DNA of 56,456 nt, taken from a bacterium (GTDB lineage Bacteria; Bacteroidota; Bacteroidia; Bacteroidales; FEN-979). A program made the translations under genes and the position numbers. The stretch lies in contig JBAXRT010000002.1 of the NCBI GenBank assembly GCA_037131065.1, forward strand, positions 1 through 56,456. Reading direction: 5' to 3'. Under the pieces are notes generated by a model. That model did no database searches, had not been told where the DNA came from, and saw only the letters and a program-made list of their open reading frames with translations. Each line of letters opens with the position of its first letter. Position 1 is the stretch's first letter. This document shows positions 43,548 through 52,928 of the stretch, piece after piece.

Positions 43548-44255
43548 TTATTTGTATAGTAGAAATACACAGGGTCTTTTGTTAAGGTCCGGCTTTTCTT
43601 TTCGCCATTCCCGGATGGTTTTGACGCTGACCCATTCCCCCGGGGCTGTGAGGTCGGCTGCAAGACATAACAGGGTCTCATCACGGCACACCTCCGTAAG
43701 CGATTGGAACATCTGGCCGTTACGGTATGGTGTCTCGATAAATATCTGCGTCTGGTCCTTTTCGGAAGCCATTCTTTCAAGCTCCTTTAACCTCTTATTC
43801 CTCTTTTCTCGTTCAACCGGAAGATACCCGCTGAAGGAAAAATTCTGTCCGTTGAACCCTGAAGCCGCCAGGGCAAGAAAAATGGATGAGGGGCCTGTAA
43901 GGGGTATGACCCTGACGCCTGATTGGTGGGCGATCATTGCCAGGTCTGAGCCGGGATCTGCAATACAAGGCATACCCGCTTCCGATAACAAACCGGTGTT
44001 TCTTCCTTCCAGTGCAGGTTTGATCAGTGAGGAAAAGTCTTCAATCAGGGTATGTTCGTTCAGGAGTAAAAAAGTTACCTCATCAAAGGGTTTAGTGTAA
44101 CCGGCCTTTTTCAGAAACCGCCGGGCTGTTCTGAGCTCTTCAACAACAAAGACCTCCAGTTGCCTGATGATTTCAAGGGTCCCTTCGGGGATCACCGCAC
44201 TGGGATCAGTATCTCCCAACGGGGTTGGAATTAAGAATAATTTACCTTTTTCCAT
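43548..44255 (-). CDS. SAM-dependent methyltransferase of the tetrapyrrole-methylase/RsmI-like superfamily
   Basis: It has LFLIPTPLGD, SEAGMPCIADPG and IPLTGPSS motifs, as in RsmI-like TP_methylase proteins. Confidence 0.78.
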   Translation of the reverse strand: MEKGKLFLIPTPLGDTDPSAVIPEGTLEIIRQLEVFVVEELRTARRFLKKAGYTKPFDEVTFLLLNEHTLIEDFSSLIKPALEGRNTGLLSEAGMPCIADPGSDLAMIAHQSGVRVIPLTGPSSIFLALAASGFNGQNFSFSGYLPVEREKRNKRLKELERMASEKDQTQIFIETPYRNGQMFQSLTEVCRDETLLCLAADLTAPGEWVSVKTIREWRKEKPDLNKRPCVFLLYK

Positions 44256-45219
44256 GACTTATCCAGGGTAGTTTATCAAGATCGACATTCCCTCCCGAAA
44301 GAATCACCCCGACTTTCAGGTTCCGCACCTCTGTTTTTTTCTCTGTCAATGCAGCGACCGGTACTGCTGATGAAGGTTCTATGATAATTTTCATCCTTTC
44401 CCATATAAGGCGCATGGCCTTAATGATAGAGGCTTCACTCACTGTTACAATATCATGGACATGATCCAGGATGATTGGGAAGGTAAGCGAACCCAGTGAG
44501 GTCTTTAGTCCGTCGGCAATGGTAACCGGATTAATTGACGGAATGAACTGCCTGGCTTGGAATGATCGCCATGCATCGTTGGCCTCCTCGGGTTCAGCGG
44601 CGATCACCTTCGTTCCCTCTGAGAAAAAAAACGTACTCAGGGCAGTGCCGCTGAGTAATCCTCCGCCCCCGACCGGGGCAATGATCATATCCAGATGGCC
44701 CAGATCATTGATCATCTCCAGGGCTGCAGTGGCCTGGCCTGCAATGATCCGCTTATTATTGTATGGATGGATCTCAATGGCGCCTGTCTCCTCGATAACT
44801 CTCTTTAAGGTTGTCTCCCTGGCCTCCAGGGTAGGTTCACAAAAAAAGATCATGCCTCCGTACCCTCTAACAGCATCCACTTTAACCTTCGGGGAGTTAT
44901 CTGGCATAACAATGAATGCTTTGGCGCCGGCAAGGGATGCAGCCCACGAAAGGGCCTGGGCATGATTCCCGGAAGAGTGTGTTGCAACCCCGTTGCTGAG
45001 CTGATCCGCCTGAAGGGATCTTATTGCATTGGTTGCGCCTCTGGCTTTAAAGGCTCCGACTTTTTGAAAATTTTCACATTTGAAGTATACCTCGGCCTCA
45101 AGCATTTTGTTGATTGTTGCTGAGGATAGGAGCGGGGTATGTCTGACGTAAGGCTTTATCCGTTCAGCAGCACTGAGGATATCGGCGGAGGAAGGAAAAC
45201 CATCACTGTCAGCGGTCAT
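44242..45219 (-). CDS. PLP-dependent threonine/serine dehydratase (serine racemase-like, fold type II)
   Basis: It has FKCENFQKVGAFKARGA (PLP lysine), SSGNHAQA and the glycine loop GGGGLLSG. Confidence 0.85.
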   Translation of the reverse strand: MTADSDGFPSSADILSAAERIKPYVRHTPLLSSATINKMLEAEVYFKCENFQKVGAFKARGATNAIRSLQADQLSNGVATHSSGNHAQALSWAASLAGAKAFIVMPDNSPKVKVDAVRGYGGMIFFCEPTLEARETTLKRVIEETGAIEIHPYNNKRIIAGQATAALEMINDLGHLDMIIAPVGGGGLLSGTALSTFFFSEGTKVIAAEPEEANDAWRSFQARQFIPSINPVTIADGLKTSLGSLTFPIILDHVHDIVTVSEASIIKAMRLIWERMKIIIEPSSAVPVAALTEKKTEVRNLKVGVILSGGNVDLDKLPWISHGKR

Positions 45220-45688
45220 GGCCAGAGAAATTTTTATCCAGTTCTAAGGCGATTTTTTCACAGGCAGGTTCAAGAATATTATAAACCTTTTCAAAGGCTG
45301 CGAGATCTTCATACCAGGGGTCGGGAACTGGGATGTTTTTCCCGGGATGGAGAATATTCAGGATATAATCTACCTTCCTTCTGTCGGTTTCATTCCTTGC
45401 CAGCCGCATCAGTTTACCGTAATGTGATGCATCCATCACATAGATCCTGTCAAACGCATCAAAGTCCCTTATTGTAAACAAACGGGATGCATGTCCCGAT
45501 ATATCAATCCCCCTTTTTCTGGCAATAGACAAGGCCCTCTGGTCGGGCGGATCTCCCTTATGAAAGGATTCAAACCCGCAGGAATCAACCTGGATGTCAG
45601 TTCCACGCTTCGAAAGCTTATCTCGCAAGATTCCTTCAGCAAGCGGCGACCGGCAAATGTTACCGGTACAAACGAAAAGAACCTTCAT
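45209..45688 (-). CDS. Low-molecular-weight protein-tyrosine phosphatase
   Basis: It has the P-loop VCTGNICRSP and a downstream DP motif. The length is 159 aa. Confidence 0.88.
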   Translation of the reverse strand: MKVLFVCTGNICRSPLAEGILRDKLSKRGTDIQVDSCGFESFHKGDPPDQRALSIARKRGIDISGHASRLFTIRDFDAFDRIYVMDASHYGKLMRLARNETDRRKVDYILNILHPGKNIPVPDPWYEDLAAFEKVYNILEPACEKIALELDKNFSGHDR

Positions 45689-45705
45689 TAAACCGAAAGT
45701 GAAAG

Positions 45706-47142
45706 TTATAATTTGATGCGTTTATCCAGCTCCTCAACAAACTGACGGAATTGTTTGTCAGTTTCAACAAGGTTGTTGACCGTACGGCAGGCATGAAGAA
45801 CGGTTGCATGATCTTTATTGCCGCAATGGAGTCCGATGCTTGCGAGTGAGGCCTTGGTGTGCTTTTTGGAAAAATACATGGAAAGCTGCCTTGCCTGAAC
45901 GATCTCTCTTTTCCGGGTCTTCGAATGGATGAGTTCAACAGGGATGTTGAAATAGTCGCACACAACCTTTTGAATGTAATCGATTGATATCTCCCTGGAA
46001 GTGTTTTTAACAAACTTATCGATCATCTGCTTTGCGAGCTCAAGTGTGATCGTTTTTTTGTTCAGCGACGATTGGGCCAGTAGTGAGATCAGGGCTCCTT
46101 CAAGCTCCCGTATGTTGGTATTGATACTGTAAGCCAGATACTCGACCACTTCGGGAGGAATCTCGATGCCGTCGTTGTATAGTTTTTTATGAAGAATTGC
46201 AATGCGTGTTTCCAGGTCGGGAACCTGGAGATCAGCCGAAAGTCCCCACTTAAACCGGGAGAGAAGCCTGGGTTCGATGCCTTTCATCTCGACCGGGGGC
46301 TTATCTGAGGTAAGAACGAGCTGGTTGCTCTTCTGATGGAGATGGTTAAAGATATGGAAAAATACATCCTGGGTCTTCTCCTTGCCCGCAAGGTTATGGA
46401 TATCATCAATGATCAGTACATCGATCATCTGGTAAAAATGAATGAAATCATTCTGGTTATTGTTCTTTACAGAATCGATGAACTGATTGATGAACTGGTC
46501 CGTTGTAACATACAGTACTGTCTTTTCAGGAAAATTATTCTTTACCTGAAGTCCTATCGCATGCGAAAGGTGGGTTTTTCCTAACCCTGTGTGGCTATAG
46601 ATCAGCAGCGGATTGAAGGCGGTTTTTCCCGGATTATTGGCAACTGCAAACCCTGCAGAGCGTGCAAGCCGGTTGCAATCCCCTTCGACGAAGTTGGTGA
46701 AAGAGTAACTCTCTATCAACTGGGAATTGACTTTGATCTTTCTCAATCCGGGAATAATAAAGGGGTTTGGAATTTCCTTTGAAGTACCTTTATTCAGATC
46801 AATCGGCATAGAGACTAGGGGATTTGCGGTTGCTTTTTTCTCACTTGTAGGAACATTAATAGTGAAAGGTCCCGGTTCCTGATCGGAATTATCCACAATA
46901 ATGCTGTATTCCAGCCGTCCTTCAGTTCCAAGTTCCTTCTTAACTGTTTTCTTCAGTAACCCGATGTAATGCTCTTCAAGCCATTCATAAAAAAATTGAC
47001 TGGGAACCTGTATGGTAAGTACATTCTCTTTTATCTTAACAGGTTTTATCGGAATAAACCACGTTTTAAAACTTTGATAATTGATGTTGTCTTTAATTAC
47101 TTTTAGGCAATTTTCCCAAACTTCGACCGCGTTTTTTTCCAT
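45706..47142 (-). CDS. dnaA: Chromosomal replication initiator protein DnaA
   Basis: It has W..CL..I N-domain, Walker A GLGKTHL, Walker B LIIDDIH, and the domain IV HTH (RKREIVQARQLSMYFSKKHT...GNKDHATVLHA). Confidence 0.95.
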   Translation of the reverse strand: MEKNAVEVWENCLKVIKDNINYQSFKTWFIPIKPVKIKENVLTIQVPSQFFYEWLEEHYIGLLKKTVKKELGTEGRLEYSIIVDNSDQEPGPFTINVPTSEKKATANPLVSMPIDLNKGTSKEIPNPFIIPGLRKIKVNSQLIESYSFTNFVEGDCNRLARSAGFAVANNPGKTAFNPLLIYSHTGLGKTHLSHAIGLQVKNNFPEKTVLYVTTDQFINQFIDSVKNNNQNDFIHFYQMIDVLIIDDIHNLAGKEKTQDVFFHIFNHLHQKSNQLVLTSDKPPVEMKGIEPRLLSRFKWGLSADLQVPDLETRIAILHKKLYNDGIEIPPEVVEYLAYSINTNIRELEGALISLLAQSSLNKKTITLELAKQMIDKFVKNTSREISIDYIQKVVCDYFNIPVELIHSKTRKREIVQARQLSMYFSKKHTKASLASIGLHCGNKDHATVLHACRTVNNLVETDKQFRQFVEELDKRIKL

Positions 47143-47541
47143 TAATATGAAAGCCTTGAACGTTATTTGTTTCGGTTTTCTAAAGTGTAAGTGTTATCAA
47201 GGTGTCAGATTTTGTCCGCAAGTCAAAACCTATATCGAAAAGAAAGCTTGATTTAATTAACAAATTTTAGAAAAAAAAGTTTAAAAAAAAAATGTTTTAA
47301 TCTTGATTTATTAAAAAAAAGCATTACGTATTTTATTCCGAAAAATCTGCGATCAGAATTGCTGAAACTATTGTATTCATCGTTGTTTCAGTATCTTGTG
47401 ACCTGTAGGTCACTGCCTATTCCCGTTAGTTTAGAAAAGGTTTAAATTCCATGATTACTAAGTCTCAAACAGTTATATGGTTTAGCTCATTTCACAATTA
47501 TTATGCAGACTGAATAAAAATGTTTTTCTGTTGATAAAAAA
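47143..47541. other. AT-rich dnaA-upstream intergenic region; weak oriC/DUE candidate
   Basis: 399 bp with long A/T tracts at 47255-47330. There is only one 7/9 DnaA-box-like site (TTGTCCGCA, 47212-20). An inverted repeat GTGACCT-GT-AGGTCAC lies at 47398-47413. Confidence 0.3.
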
Positions 47542-48144
47542 TCACCCCTCCTTTACCATTAGAGCTTTGGATGCCTTGGTGAGACGGTCCCGGATTGAAT
47601 CTCCCAGGCTTTTCCTGACCATCAGTTCGAATTGGCACTCCTGGTCCAGTACTTTTGTAAGGATGGTCACACCGGGGGTTTTCACAATTTTCATAATGGA
47701 ATTCATCTCTTCGAAGGGAAAAGTAACCAGGATCTTTGATTCAATAAATTTTGTAAAGATGGTGGCATTCTCCAGGGACTGGCGGGCTGAACTCCTGTAT
47801 GCGTTTATCAATCCGGGTATCCCTAACTTTGTCCCTCCGAAATAACGCACCACAACAATCAGGACATCCGAGACTTTGAACGATATCAATTGCCCCAGGA
47901 TCGGCTTGCCGGCAGAACCCGAAGGCTCTCCATCATCAGAAACCCTGTACTGGATGCCTTCCGGTCCCAGTCTGTAAGCAAAGCAATGATGATTGGCATC
48001 ATGGTATTTTTTCCGAAGCTGCTGCATCCGGTCACGGACTTCATCCTCACCTGCGACGGGGTATGAAAAAGAGAGAAATTTGCTGGCCTTATCCCGGTAG
48101 GTTCCTGTTGATTCGGAGGCGATGGAAAGATAAGTGTCGGTCAT
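47542..48144 (-). CDS. yigZ: YigZ/IMPACT family protein (UPF0029)
   Basis: It has KASKFLSFSYPV, ANHHCFAYRLG, DDGEPSGSAGKPIL and VVVRYFGGTKLG motifs. Confidence 0.85.
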   Translation of the reverse strand: MTDTYLSIASESTGTYRDKASKFLSFSYPVAGEDEVRDRMQQLRKKYHDANHHCFAYRLGPEGIQYRVSDDGEPSGSAGKPILGQLISFKVSDVLIVVVRYFGGTKLGIPGLINAYRSSARQSLENATIFTKFIESKILVTFPFEEMNSIMKIVKTPGVTILTKVLDQECQFELMVRKSLGDSIRDRLTKASKALMVKEG

Positions 48145-48263
48145 GGCACTGCTTTATGCGAAATTAACCGAAATCAGGATACCGGGAACGAATGTTTTAT
48201 TATTTTAGTCAGGTGGAATCATTAATGATTACCTGAGAAAATATTTTCAGTGAGGAAGGGGAA

Positions 48264-49178
48264 ATGATCGGACAGGGATCAGATAATATAAAAGGGATGG
48301 CTGGTGCTTACCAGCATGCACTCGGGTCGCATTTATCAAGGAGTGAGATCATGCAGCTCTTTTATCTCCTCGCCGACGAGTACATGGGATGGACAAAAAC
48401 ACGGGTGCACCTTGAACCGGACTACCTGATCCCTATCGAAAAACTTTCACTTTTCAGAGAGGCGCTCGTACGCTTACTAAAGCATGAGCCTGTCGAATAC
48501 ATTACCGGAAAGAGTATGTTTAACGGGATCGAATATTTTGTGAACCCTGGCGTTTTGATCCCAAGACCTGAAACCGAAGAGTTGTGCAACATGATCGTTC
48601 AGGATCAATCGGCAGATAAATATAAAGAGGTTGCTGCTCTTGATATAGGAACAGGGTCCGGGTGCATAGCGATCGATCTCAAATTGAGACTTCCCTATGC
48701 AAGGGTAACAGCAGTCGATAACTCAGAAGATGCCCTGAAAACCGCCGGACAGAATGCTTCGAGGCTTGGAGCTGAACTCTCCCTTACTCATTTAAATGTT
48801 CTCGATGCTTCAGCTCATGGCAAACTTGGGAGATTCGACATCATCGTTTCAAACCCCCCGTATGTTACTGCGGGCGAAAGGAATGTAATGAAGCCCAATG
48901 TCCTCGATTTTGAGCCACCGGATGCCATTTTCGTCTGTGATGACGATCCCTTTATCTTTTACCGTTCGATCGTCACCCTGGCTATTCACCATTTGAACCG
49001 CCCTGGCAGGATTTACCTGGAGATCAATGAGCGTTTTGGAAAGGAGATCGCGAAAATCCTTCGTGATAGCGGATTTGACAAGGTTGAAATCGTTAGGGAC
49101 ATTTTTGACAAGGATAGGTTTGTCAGGGCATCACTTGTCAGTCGGCTGGAGGATATTTCCTACTGGTATGGCGAGTGA
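48264..49178 (+). CDS. prmC: Peptide chain release factor N(5)-glutamine methyltransferase
   Basis: It has LIPRPETEEL, the SAM motif LDIGTGSGCIA, and the catalytic VSNPPYV. The start is uncertain, either 48264 or the ATG at 48297. Confidence 0.85.
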   Translation: MIGQGSDNIKGMAGAYQHALGSHLSRSEIMQLFYLLADEYMGWTKTRVHLEPDYLIPIEKLSLFREALVRLLKHEPVEYITGKSMFNGIEYFVNPGVLIPRPETEELCNMIVQDQSADKYKEVAALDIGTGSGCIAIDLKLRLPYARVTAVDNSEDALKTAGQNASRLGAELSLTHLNVLDASAHGKLGRFDIIVSNPPYVTAGERNVMKPNVLDFEPPDAIFVCDDDPFIFYRSIVTLAIHHLNRPGRIYLEINERFGKEIAKILRDSGFDKVEIVRDIFDKDRFVRASLVSRLEDISYWYGE

Positions 49179-49184
49179 ACCTGA

Positions 49185-50288
49185 TCATTTCAGAATCTCC
49201 TTTATCTCTTCAAACGGCAGGAAAACATCAGCGGGCCCAAAGGAGTATGGGGCTATGTCATATTGGTTGTAATAAAAACCGATCCCGTTTTCAGTGAGAT
49301 AAAAATTGGCTGTTGGCTTGATGGTATCGGTAAAATATCCGGCATCCGTTAGTTTTTGGGTCTCGGGAATCTTAATAAGTTCATGAAGTTTCCTGGTGAG
49401 TATGCCCGACAGGATTTCGTCAGACCCATCCTTGAAAATATCTTTCAGGGTGAACAACCGGCCGGTTTTCAGATCAAGGTTGAAGAACTCCTCGGTTTCC
49501 AGACCATGCGCACCGCCGGTGAAAGCATATGTGAGGATGAAAAAAGTAAGATGGTAGTCTGCATTATTGAGGATATGCATGAACTTGAGCATTTCCCAGT
49601 TAAGGGTCGGGGCATCAGGAAACTCTTTTAACAATGGCTCATTGCTCGTCTGGTAATTTTCAAAAAAGGATTCTCTGACTTGCCCAAGCAGCTTTTCAGG
49701 TGGGGTTTGGTCATCTTTTTTACCGGTAAATTTTTCTATTATGAATGTCCTTAGGCTGTCGGAGGTGACCGGGTTGTTTGATTCTTCCGGGAGCAGGACT
49801 ACCATGGAGATGATTCCTTTCTGGCTATTTGGTTTTTTTGTAAGGGATTTCGACCCTTTTATCGAGAAAACATTGAACTGAACGCTGCCGGCAGGATACC
49901 CTTCACGGAGTTCGAATGGTAGTTTCTGCTTCCCGCTACCAACTTTCCAGGTACCCTTGATAAGACCACTACCCGTCATTTGTCCGGCGATCTGCTGGCC
50001 CGATTCGGAGAATACCTCTTTTAAGGTAAAATTTCCACTGGAACTTATTTTCCCGCAAAGATCTTTAGGGTTGCTGTACCAGATATTAAAGGTGCTGGTA
50101 TTGTAATTCGTCGATCTGAGGGAGTGGCTGGAATAGAGAGTATCCCTGTCCTTTACCAGGTCCATGGTCACAAGGATCGTGTTATCGATTTTACCCGTCA
50201 GGTGAAAATATCCCTTTGCCGGAATCAGTTCCTGGCCAGAGCCGCTTGAGCAGTAAATGACCAAAAATGCAAATAGGATCTTTCTCAT
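49185..50288 (-). CDS. DUF3298/DUF4163 domain-containing secreted protein (RsiV-ectodomain-like)
   Basis: It has a signal peptide. The sequence LTYAFTGGAHGLETEEFFNLDLKTG matches the DUF3298 hallmark (GGAHG). Confidence 0.72.
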   Translation of the reverse strand: MRKILFAFLVIYCSSGSGQELIPAKGYFHLTGKIDNTILVTMDLVKDRDTLYSSHSLRSTNYNTSTFNIWYSNPKDLCGKISSSGNFTLKEVFSESGQQIAGQMTGSGLIKGTWKVGSGKQKLPFELREGYPAGSVQFNVFSIKGSKSLTKKPNSQKGIISMVVLLPEESNNPVTSDSLRTFIIEKFTGKKDDQTPPEKLLGQVRESFFENYQTSNEPLLKEFPDAPTLNWEMLKFMHILNNADYHLTFFILTYAFTGGAHGLETEEFFNLDLKTGRLFTLKDIFKDGSDEILSGILTRKLHELIKIPETQKLTDAGYFTDTIKPTANFYLTENGIGFYYNQYDIAPYSFGPADVFLPFEEIKEILK

Positions 50289-50307
50289 CTTGATCTTGCT
50301 TTTATTT

Positions 50308-50964
50308 TCAGGAAAAAATGGCTGATCCGATCCTTACCAGCGTCGCCCCCTCTGCTACAGCGATGAGATAATCGGACGACATACCCATCGAGAGTTCACA
50401 AAAATGGCCGGCATGTTTAAAATATTCAGCTTTCAGGATTTCAAAATACCCGCGAAGGTTAATGAATTCTGAATGAACAAGCTTTTCATCATCGGTAAAC
50501 GTGGCCATTCCCATAACGCCATCAATTCTGATATTTTCCATCGACTGGTACGACGGAGAAATAAGAATATCACGGGCTTCTGAAAGGGAGAGTCCGAACT
50601 TGGTCTCTTCAGAGGCGATGTGAAACTGGAGCAGGCATCGGATTACCCTGGAATTTTTTTTACCCTCCTTATTAACCTCCTGTAAGAGTTTAAGGCTGTC
50701 GATACTGTGGATCATGTGAATGAATGAGGCAATGTACCTGACTTTGTTCGACTGAAGGTGGCCTATAAAATGCCATTCGATATCTGAAGGCAGAAGTGGG
50801 AACTTCCGTGTGACCTCCTGAACCTTGTTCTCGCCAAAAGCCCTGTGACCCGAGGAATAGGGGATGGCAATCTCCTCTGGTTCCTGATTCTTGGTGACAA
50901 TAATGATTTTAACCTCGGGGGGAATTCTTTCCCTTAGTATGACAAGGTTCTCAGCAATGCCCAT
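50308..50964 (-). CDS. yggS: YggS family pyridoxal-phosphate homeostasis protein
   Basis: It has VTKNQ (PLP lysine context), FGENKVQE, WHFIGHLQSNK, LSMGMSSDY and VRIGSAIF motifs. Confidence 0.88.
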   Translation of the reverse strand: MGIAENLVILRERIPPEVKIIIVTKNQEPEEIAIPYSSGHRAFGENKVQEVTRKFPLLPSDIEWHFIGHLQSNKVRYIASFIHMIHSIDSLKLLQEVNKEGKKNSRVIRCLLQFHIASEETKFGLSLSEARDILISPSYQSMENIRIDGVMGMATFTDDEKLVHSEFINLRGYFEILKAEYFKHAGHFCELSMGMSSDYLIAVAEGATLVRIGSAIFS

Positions 50965-50983
50965 GTTGAAATATTCAGGATAG

Positions 50984-50991
50984 CAAAAGTA
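50984..50991 (-). promoter_or_regulatory. -7 promoter box (TACTTTTG on the minus strand) for yggS
   Basis: The plus strand reads CAAAAGTA, 20 nt upstream of the start at 50964. Confidence 0.45.
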
Positions 50992-51018
50992 CTAATTTGC
51001 TTATATTTCCGTTCGGTT

Positions 51019-51026
51019 TACCTTTG
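51019..51026 (+). promoter_or_regulatory. -7 promoter box TACCTTTG for the LTA-synthase-family gene
   Basis: Matches TAnnTTTG, 16 nt upstream of the ATG at 51042. Confidence 0.45.
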
Positions 51027-51041
51027 CAGTTTTGTAATAAG

Positions 51042-52898
51042 ATGAAGAAAATCATTTTGTCCTTTCTTGGACAGGTTCTTTTTTGGCTGGTTTTTTTTAA
51101 CCTGACCCGACTGCTTTTTCTTATCTATTATTTCCGCCTGATCCGGGTTGAACATATTCCTTTTCTTGAAACACTTGAAGTTTTTCTTTACTCCTTTAAA
51201 CTTGATTTTGCCACCACCTGTTATATCATGCTCTTCCCTTTTCTCATCCTGCTTATCCAGAGTCTGTGGAAGGCTGCCTGGCTGAACCGTGCAAACCAGG
51301 TATATGCCGGAATTGTTATCTTTTTCTATTCCCTGTCAGCGGTTGCTGAGATGGGGATCTACGCTGAGTGGAAAACCAAACTGACATACAAGGTTATTAA
51401 ATATTTAGCCCATCCTTCGGAGATATACAACTCTGCTGAAACCGGGGTCTTCTTTTTCCTGCTCTTTTTTTTCCTGCTTCTTTTCCAGGCGGGGCTTATT
51501 CTCTACCTGAAAATCTTCTTTGTCTGGATCACAAACCCCGTGAGGAAATTTTTCCCGAACCTGGCTTTTGCGCTGGCGACTCCCCTGGTTCTCTTTATCG
51601 GGATGCGTGGAGGTGTGCAGCAAATCCCCATCAACCAGAGCGAATCATACTATTCCGATCATAATATACTGAATATTGCTGCAGTGAACAATGCATTTAA
51701 TCTCTACATCAGCATTTTCGAGAACCTGCCCAATTTTTCACGTAATCCATACCAGTTTATGGATGAAGCGAAAGCCAGGGATATCGTAAAAAGGATCTAT
51801 GCATCATCAAAAGACTCTGCCGTCAGCATCCTCAATACTTCCCGGCCCAACATCGTCATTCTCATGCTAGAGAGCTGGTCTGCAGATCTGATCGAAAATC
51901 TGGGCGGGAATCCAGGCATCACCCCGGAATTCAGGAAACTTGAAAAGAAAGGGATCCTCTTTGATCAGGCTTACGCTTCGGGTTCAAGGTCTGAACAGGG
52001 AATGGCATCTGTTTTCGGAGGCTTTCCAGGTCACCCGATCTCATGCATCACGGTTCAGCCTGATAAATTTGTGAAACTGCCCAGTCTTACAAGGGTGTTG
52101 AAGGAAAATGGATATAGTTCAGCCTTTTACTTTGGGGGACAGCTGATCTATGGAAACATAAAAAGTTATATCATCTATAACCAGTTTGATAAAATCATGG
52201 AGGTATACGACTTTCCGAAAAATTATCCACGGGGGAAGCTTGGGATCCATGACGAATACACCCTGGGTTATATGGTGAATGATCTGCAAAACCTGAAACA
52301 ACCATTCTTCTCGGCACTTTTTACTGTCAGCACGCACTCTCCCTGGGATCAGCCCTTCCCGAAACTTTTAAAATGGGGGGATAATGAACATGAGTATATC
52401 AATGCTGCCTACTATACGGACCACTGCCTCGGTGAATTTTTCAGGGAGGCCGAGAAAAAGCTCTGGTATGATCAGACGTTGTTTATCATTGTTGCTGACC
52501 ATAGCCATAACTCATACAGGAACTGGCATCCGGAATCGAGGGAATATCACAGAATTCCCTTGTTGTTTGTCGGCGGGGCTATCAAACAGGAGTTCAGGGG
52601 AACGGTTTGTACGAAACTCGGGAACCAGCACGACATTGCAGCTACTATCCTTTCCCAGCTTAAAATTCCCCGGTCCGAATTCAAGTGGAGTAAGGATCTG
52701 CTTGATAAAACCTCCCCTGAATTTGCATATTATTCAACGGATGACGGGCTGGGATGGGTCAGGAGATATGGCTATTTTACTTACGACACCAAACCAAATT
52801 TCTACTACTGGTGGACAGATCCTAAGACACCCGACTCCATCATAGCCGAAGGCAAAGCCTATCTTCAAATGGTCTTCACCGAGTACCTGTATGACTGA
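51042..52898 (+). CDS. LTA synthase family protein / membrane-anchored sulfatase-fold phosphotransferase
   Basis: It has five N-terminal TM helices and an alkaline-phosphatase-superfamily ectodomain (NIVILMLESW, SRSEQG, VSTHSPW, IVADHSH). Confidence 0.8.
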   Translation: MKKIILSFLGQVLFWLVFFNLTRLLFLIYYFRLIRVEHIPFLETLEVFLYSFKLDFATTCYIMLFPFLILLIQSLWKAAWLNRANQVYAGIVIFFYSLSAVAEMGIYAEWKTKLTYKVIKYLAHPSEIYNSAETGVFFFLLFFFLLLFQAGLILYLKIFFVWITNPVRKFFPNLAFALATPLVLFIGMRGGVQQIPINQSESYYSDHNILNIAAVNNAFNLYISIFENLPNFSRNPYQFMDEAKARDIVKRIYASSKDSAVSILNTSRPNIVILMLESWSADLIENLGGNPGITPEFRKLEKKGILFDQAYASGSRSEQGMASVFGGFPGHPISCITVQPDKFVKLPSLTRVLKENGYSSAFYFGGQLIYGNIKSYIIYNQFDKIMEVYDFPKNYPRGKLGIHDEYTLGYMVNDLQNLKQPFFSALFTVSTHSPWDQPFPKLLKWGDNEHEYINAAYYTDHCLGEFFREAEKKLWYDQTLFIIVADHSHNSYRNWHPESREYHRIPLLFVGGAIKQEFRGTVCTKLGNQHDIAATILSQLKIPRSEFKWSKDLLDKTSPEFAYYSTDDGLGWVRRYGYFTYDTKPNFYYWWTDPKTPDSIIAEGKAYLQMVFTEYLYD

Positions 52899-52928
52899 AA
52901 GGAAACAGGAGAAATTTCCTGAATTATC

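Noticed and set aside
43499-43780. A 93-aa minus-strand ORF overlapping the methyltransferase 3' region, and a 182-aa plus-strand ORF at 43552-44100.
   Set aside because: Both are nested in or against a well-supported TP-methylase gene, are Arg/Ser-rich, and have no motif or promoter support.
52899-52928. An AT-rich hairpin AGGAAA-n8-TTTCCT between the convergent LTA-synthase and DUF1015 genes, considered as a possible bidirectional terminator.
   Set aside because: The stem is only 6 bp and AT-rich, with no flanking U-runs. It is too weak to annotate.
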